Assembly (NCBI GenBank): GCA_016199675.1
Contig: JACQGE010000117.1
Location: 1-62,168 of the forward strand
Reading direction: 5' to 3'
Length of the DNA stretch: 62,168 nucleotides
Origin: Acidobacteriota bacterium
Lineage (GTDB): Bacteria > Acidobacteriota > Terriglobia > 2-12-FULL-54-10
Made by a program: the position numbers and the translations under genes. The notes under the pieces were generated by a model. The model made no database searches and was not told where the DNA came from. It saw only the letters and a program-made list of their open reading frames with translations. This document shows, in pieces, positions 57,834-62,168 of the stretch. Numbering within the stretch: position 1 is the stretch's first letter; each line of letters opens with the position of its first letter.

Positions 57834-59018
57834 CTACAATTTCAACTCCCTTTCCAGAATTTCCATGTCTTTGTCGCCGCGCCCGGAGAGGTTGACCACA
57901 AAGACTTGCCCCACCGCAGGCGGAGCGCGCCGGAGGACTTCCGCCACCGCGTGCGCGGATTCCAGCGCGGGAATGATCCCTTCCAACTGACTCAGCGTTC
58001 TACAGGCTGCCAAAGCATCCGCATCGCTGCAATAGGTGTATTCCGCCCGTTTACTTTCAAACAACATCGCGTGCTCCGGCCCGACTGCCGCATAATCCAG
58101 GCCCGCCGAGACCGAATGCGTAGTGGAAATTTGCCCCATCTCGTCCTGCAAAATATAGGTGTAAGTTCCGTGCAAAACGCCGGGGCTGCCTCCCTGGAAA
58201 CGCGCCGCGTGCTCGCCCAATGCCAGCCCGCGCCCACCCGCTTCCACTCCTACCATCGCTACCTGCTCATCTTTCACAAACTCATAGAACAGACCAATGG
58301 CGTTACTACCGCCTCCCACACAGGCGATCAAGAGGTCCGGCAGACGCCCCTCCGCCTCCACAATCTGCTGCCGCGTTTCTTGCCCGATCACCTTCTGAAA
58401 ATCGCGCACCATCAGCGGATATGGGTGCGGCCCCAGCGCGGAACCCAACAAATAATAGGTATCCTCCAGGTTGGTGACCCAGTCGCGCATGGCTTCACTG
58501 ATCGCTTCTTTGAGGGTGCGGCTTCCGGCGCTCACCGGGACAACCTCTGCTCCCAGCAGGCGCATCCGAAAAACATTCAGTCGCTGTCGGGCCATGTCCA
58601 CTTCCCCCATGTAGATTACGCATTGAAAACCTAGCAGCGCCGCTACGGTCGCCGTGGCTACTCCATGCTGCCCCGCCCCCGTTTCAGCAATCAAACGGCG
58701 TTTGCCCATGCGACGGGCCAAAAGCCCCTGACCCAGGCAGTTGTTGATCTTATGCGCGCCGGTGTGTAGCAGGTCTTCCCGTTTGAGGTAAATTCGCGCC
58801 CCTCCACAGTGCTCGCTAAGACGACGCGCCAAGTAAAGCGGCGTAGGCCTTCCCGCGTAGTGGCGCAGGAGAACATCCAACTCCTGTTGAAAGCTTGGGT
58901 CAGAGGATGCTGCTAAATAGGCGGCTTCCAATTCCTCCAAGGGATGCATCAGCGTTTCTGGCGCATAGCGTCCCCCATAAGGCCCGAACCTTCCCCGCAA
59001 ACTAGCCTCCTGTTGCAA
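57834..59018 (-). CDS. trpB: Tryptophan synthase beta chain
   Basis: [34 protein letters not shown] start. Confidence 0.95.
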   Translation of the reverse strand: MQQEASLRGRFGPYGGRYAPETLMHPLEELEAAYLAASSDPSFQQELDVLLRHYAGRPTPLYLARRLSEHCGGARIYLKREDLLHTGAHKINNCLGQGLLARRMGKRRLIAETGAGQHGVATATVAALLGFQCVIYMGEVDMARQRLNVFRMRLLGAEVVPVSAGSRTLKEAISEAMRDWVTNLEDTYYLLGSALGPHPYPLMVRDFQKVIGQETRQQIVEAEGRLPDLLIACVGGGSNAIGLFYEFVKDEQVAMVGVEAGGRGLALGEHAARFQGGSPGVLHGTYTYILQDEMGQISTTHSVSAGLDYAAVGPEHAMLFESKRAEYTYCSDADALAACRTLSQLEGIIPALESAHAVAEVLRRAPPAVGQVFVVNLSGRGDKDMEILERELKL

Positions 59019-59152
59019 ATACGTCTCCTTAGTTCTAATTGATTATCAAGGACTGCCAATCCGAGTCGCGCGAGGAAAGCGGGCAAATCACTCTGGATTG
59101 GGGTCTACATCAATCACGAAACCGCTCTACAGGCTGTTAAATTCCGTGGAAT

Positions 59153-59250
59153 GTCATTCTGAAGCTCGGCGCGGTTTGCCGGGATGAAGAATCTGCTTTT
59201 GCTTCAACATCACCAGTGAACAGCAGATTCTTCGCTGCGCTCAGAATGAC
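59153..59250. repeat. REP/MITE-like imperfect long hairpin between trpF and trpB
   Basis: GTCATTCTGA (59153-59162) pairs with TCAGAATGAC (59241-59250). GAAGAATCTGCT (59186-59197) pairs with AGCAGATTCTTC (59222-59233). Confidence 0.7.
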
Positions 59251-59282
59251 AGCACCGGGTCATTTTTTCAAAAGCCTCCGGG

Positions 59283-59936
59283 TTAAATCGTAAGTGGTTT
59301 TTCTTCCTCAAAGAACTTCTCTACTCGCCGAACTACTTCAATAAAATCCTGAATGAGCTTGGGGTTCTTCTTGCCGGGTTCGGTTTCCACGCCGGAAGAC
59401 ACATCCACTCCCCAAGGCCGGACTTGCTGGATGGCCTCCTCTACATTCTGGGGCCGCAGTCCTCCGGCCAGAATAATCCTCCCGTACTCCTTCGCTCGAA
59501 TCGCCTGCGACCAATCGAAAGTCTTCCCGGTTCCGCCCGGCAGCCCGGCGGCAAAGCTATCGAGTAAAAAAGCGCTCGCGGAGCGATAAGGGCGAAGCTG
59601 CTCTGGCTCAAAGCCGGTGCCCACCTTGAAGACTTTAATCTTTTCATACGGACCGAGTTGATCCAGATATTTCGCGCTTTCGCTACCGTGGAACTGGAGG
59701 GCGGAAATCCCAGTCTCCGCTGCAATCTGAAACACTCGTTGCGGGTCTTCGTCCACGAAGACGCCAACTCTCCAAATACTCGGAGGAACTGTGGCGATGA
59801 TTCGCGCCGCCTCTGGAGGCGAAATGTATCGCGGCGTCCCTTTCCAGAAATTGAAGCCCAGAGCGTTCGCCCCCGCTTCGATCGCTACTTGGGCGTCTTC
59901 CATCCGGCGGATTCCGCAAAGCTTCACGAAAATCAT
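59283..59936 (-). CDS. trpF: Phosphoribosylanthranilate isomerase
   Basis: MIFVKLCGIRRMEDAQVAIEAGANALGFNFW. ATGA overlap with trpC. Confidence 0.9.
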   Translation of the reverse strand: MIFVKLCGIRRMEDAQVAIEAGANALGFNFWKGTPRYISPPEAARIIATVPPSIWRVGVFVDEDPQRVFQIAAETGISALQFHGSESAKYLDQLGPYEKIKVFKVGTGFEPEQLRPYRSASAFLLDSFAAGLPGGTGKTFDWSQAIRAKEYGRIILAGGLRPQNVEEAIQQVRPWGVDVSSGVETEPGKKNPKLIQDFIEVVRRVEKFFEEEKPLTI

Positions 59937-60778
59937 TGGCGATGTTTGCTGACCGCAGTTCTCGCCGCCCATTCAACCAACAGCCGTTCGAGAGCGGCTC
60001 CGGGGTCTGATTCCATCATAAACCGCTCCCCAATCAGGAAAGCGTCAAAACCGGCGGCTTGTAGCCTAATTAGGTCTTCCGCTGTGCGCAGGCCGCTTTC
60101 GCCCACAGCGACGATTTTTTCTGGGATGCGATCAATCAACTCCAAAGAAGTTTCCAGAGACACTTCAAACGTTTTCAAGTTCCGGTTATTGATGCCGACG
60201 ATTTCGCTCCCGGCGTCCAGCGCAATGCGCAACTCCTCAGCGGTGTGGACTTCCACCAAGACATCCAGGCCAAGAGAATCACCCAAATGCAGCAGGTTCT
60301 CCAACTCTTTGGGTTGTAAAACGGCCACGATGAGCAGCACCGCATCGGCTTCGGCGGCAGCCGCTTCGTAGAGATGATACTCGGCCAGTGTAAAATCCTT
60401 GCGCAGGACAGGAAGAGAGACCGCAGCTTTCACCTGCTCCAAATGCTCCAGCGAGCCCAGGAAAAATTCTTTGTCCGTAAGCACCGAAAGAGCGCACGCA
60501 CCAGCCTGCTGATAGCCGCGGGCGATGGCCGCTGGATCGTAATGCTGGCAAAAAATGCCCTTGGAAGGAGACGCCCGTTTCAGCTCTGCAATGATCGAGC
60601 ACTCCGGTTGCTCTTCTCCACCAAGCTCTAATGCTTTTCTGAATCTCCCAGCCCGTCGGGGCTGAATCTTTTTTTCCAGCACGGATTGCGGCACTCGGGA
60701 GCGGGCATCTGCCAACTCCGCCCGCTTGGCTTGGACAATGCGTTCCAGCCAGAGATTCGATTGTCCTATCGAGGCCAT
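59933..60778 (-). CDS. trpC: Indole-3-glycerol-phosphate synthase
   Basis: IIAELKRASPSKG, LSVLTDKEFF, IVGINNRNLKTFEV. Confidence 0.95.
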   Translation of the reverse strand: MASIGQSNLWLERIVQAKRAELADARSRVPQSVLEKKIQPRRAGRFRKALELGGEEQPECSIIAELKRASPSKGIFCQHYDPAAIARGYQQAGACALSVLTDKEFFLGSLEHLEQVKAAVSLPVLRKDFTLAEYHLYEAAAAEADAVLLIVAVLQPKELENLLHLGDSLGLDVLVEVHTAEELRIALDAGSEIVGINNRNLKTFEVSLETSLELIDRIPEKIVAVGESGLRTAEDLIRLQAAGFDAFLIGERFMMESDPGAALERLLVEWAARTAVSKHRQ

Positions 60779-60927
60779 CTCCTTGACTCCATTAAAGCTG
60801 CCCGATTCTGCCGGTCAATCCGATGCTAACGAGAAGCCTTTATCTTCGTCAAGCAAATACGCGGAGAACGAGAAAAGCATGGGCGGAACAACTGCAATTG
60901 TGTATGATGAACCTTCCGGAGGAATAC

Positions 60928-61074
60928 ATGGATGGTTTTACTCTAGTGTTGCTGGCGGCATGGCTCATTTTGCTGGGAACGTTTGGAACAATGTATGCCA
61001 TGGATCGGGCTACCCAAAAAGCCGCCCGGAAACGCGCGAGAGTTGCGGAGCAAACCCCAGTCCGACGGCAATAA
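60928..61074 (+). CDS. Possible 48-aa single-pass membrane peptide
   Basis: GGAGG lies 5 nt before ATG 60928. MDGFTLVLLAAWLILLGTFGTMYAM followed by a basic tail. Confidence 0.3.
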   Translation: MDGFTLVLLAAWLILLGTFGTMYAMDRATQKAARKRARVAEQTPVRRQ

Positions 61075-61309
61075 GGGAACCCGTACGCTAATCAGTTCGC
61101 GCCTCTATTTTTCCAATTTCGTTTTGTGCTATAATACAAATGGATTTGAAGAAGTCGGTTTGCTTCGTGAACATTCCTATTGTAGCTTGTTTCCTGCCTA
61201 ATTGACTCCATCAAACATCCGAGAGCCGCGTCGATGTATTTTGCAGAGGAGCGGCCTAATATGACCGCTGCGCATGGCGTTGCGGCACCTTTAAGGAGAA
61301 AAAGAGAAA

Positions 61310-61645
61310 ATGAAAAATGTGTTTGTCGGAAACATGAGTTTCCATACTACGGAAGATGAACTGCGGACGCTGTTTGAGCCCTTTGGCGAGATCACGAGCA
61401 TCCAGGTGATGACGGACCGGGATACCGGTCGGTCTCGTGGCTTTGCATTCGTAGAACTAGTCAACGATGATGAGGCAGCCAAGGCCATTGCAGCCTTAAA
61501 TGGCAAAGAAGTGGATGGACGCGCCTTGACCGTGAATGAAGCGCGCCCGAAACCGGAGCGAAGCGGACCACGGAATGGTGGCGGGGGATACTCTCGCGAT
61601 AGTTACGCTGGAGCTTCACGGCAGCGGCGCGAACCGCGCTGGTAA
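61310..61645 (+). CDS. RRM-type RNA-binding protein with a Gly/Arg tail
   Basis: RNP2 VFVGNM, RNP1 RGFAFVEL, and a long 5' untranslated region. Confidence 0.9.
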   Translation: MKNVFVGNMSFHTTEDELRTLFEPFGEITSIQVMTDRDTGRSRGFAFVELVNDDEAAKAIAALNGKEVDGRALTVNEARPKPERSGPRNGGGGYSRDSYAGASRQRREPRW

Positions 61646-61662
61646 ACAGCAGATAAACCTTA

Positions 61663-61690
61663 CCTGGGGGCGATCTTTTTCGCCTCCAGG
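61663..61690. terminator. Hairpin between convergent genes (possibly a bidirectional terminator)
   Basis: CCTGGGGGCGA-tctttt-TCGCCTCCAGG, an 11-bp stem with one G-U pair. Confidence 0.5.
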
Positions 61691-61736
61691 ACAGCCTTTC
61701 AGTAGCCTGACTGCCCGATGATCGCACCACAACGAT

Positions 61737-61958
61737 TCATTGTGGCTTGGTCGTTGCAGTTTTCTTATCCTCTTCCGCATTCACTTGGCGGAGCTCGTCA
61801 AAACACGCGTTCGTCCTTCTAATCGTCACAGCAGCCATGTCTTGAGCCTGTTCAGCAACTTCCTGCCATGTTTTTGCTGCCAGATAGCTCCATGCGAACA
61901 ATCCCACAAATGCCGCTATTGCACAATAAAAGATAAACCTCGTTAGGCCCCGTATCAT
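61737..61958 (-). CDS. Hypothetical 73-aa membrane protein
   Basis: GGAGG lies 7 nt before ATG 61958. TM helix FIFYCAIAAFVGLFAWSYL. Confidence 0.4.
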   Translation of the reverse strand: MIRGLTRFIFYCAIAAFVGLFAWSYLAAKTWQEVAEQAQDMAAVTIRRTNACFDELRQVNAEEDKKTATTKPQ

Positions 61959-62168
61959 CGCAGTTCCTCCCCGGTTCCAGGTTTTCCCGACTTTCTCCGA
62001 CTCCATTATCTATAGATGAACAAAGGAATGTTGCACTTTTTTGGCTCCACCGTTCCTGAGGAGATGGGCCACTTCGAAGGAAATTTATTTGCCGGTGAAT
62101 ATGCGGAATAGACGCCGAACGGGGTCGTAAAATTCGTCCACGACGCGCTCTTTGAGCGGGATGATGGC

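Noticed and set aside
62085-62168. Possible 3' end of a minus-strand gene at the window edge (AIIPLKERVVDEFYDPVRRLFRIFTGK*)
   Set aside because: All three minus-strand frames are open over these 84 nt and the peptide is too short to assign. It is not reported as a feature.
1-62168. Search for rRNA, tRNA, tmRNA/RNase P and CRISPR arrays in all gaps over 150 nt
   Set aside because: I saw no cloverleaf-compatible segments, no regularly spaced direct repeats and no rRNA-like conserved blocks. This was a visual scan only. tRNAscan or Infernal would be decisive.

Overview
This 62.2-kb chromosomal segment comes from a diderm bacterium. It is moderately GC-rich by eye. Gene content hints at Acidobacteriota, but that is an inference, not a demonstrated result. 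About 55 of roughly 65 genes are housekeeping: bamA-tamB, asnS, arginase, ddl, thiD/thiL, moaA, trmFO-xerC, nusB-ribH, crotonase/hbd, rplM-rpsI, rpsB-tsf-pyrH-frr, ubiX, tyrA/chorismate mutase and trpC-F-B-A. I found no rRNA, tRNA or CRISPR array. Several small accessory insertions sit between these genes and are the parts worth a second look. (1) An AbiV-like plus DUF4145/HEPN-like gene pair lies between the asnS terminator and arginase. (2) A translationally coupled FAAL, cNMP-binding patatin and ACP-acyltransferase operon faces a second, convergent patatin gene. (3) An 809-bp element with 19-bp terminal inverted repeats and an 8-bp flanking direct repeat carries one passenger gene and sits next to a hicBA pair. 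(4) An orphan DAC (diadenylate-cyclase-fold) gene has a divergent catalytic motif and a 1-nt frameshift. (5) The trp operon is interrupted between trpB and trpA by a frameshifted unknown gene and a second hicBA pair whose stop overlaps the trpA start. Smaller signals: an N-terminal membrane/coiled-coil extension fused to BamA, a REP-like hairpin inside the trp operon, a 34-nt motif present twice, an in-frame 12-nt tandem repeat in trmFO, and a terminator-containing leader before moaA. All functional calls rest on motif recognition by eye. No database search was run.
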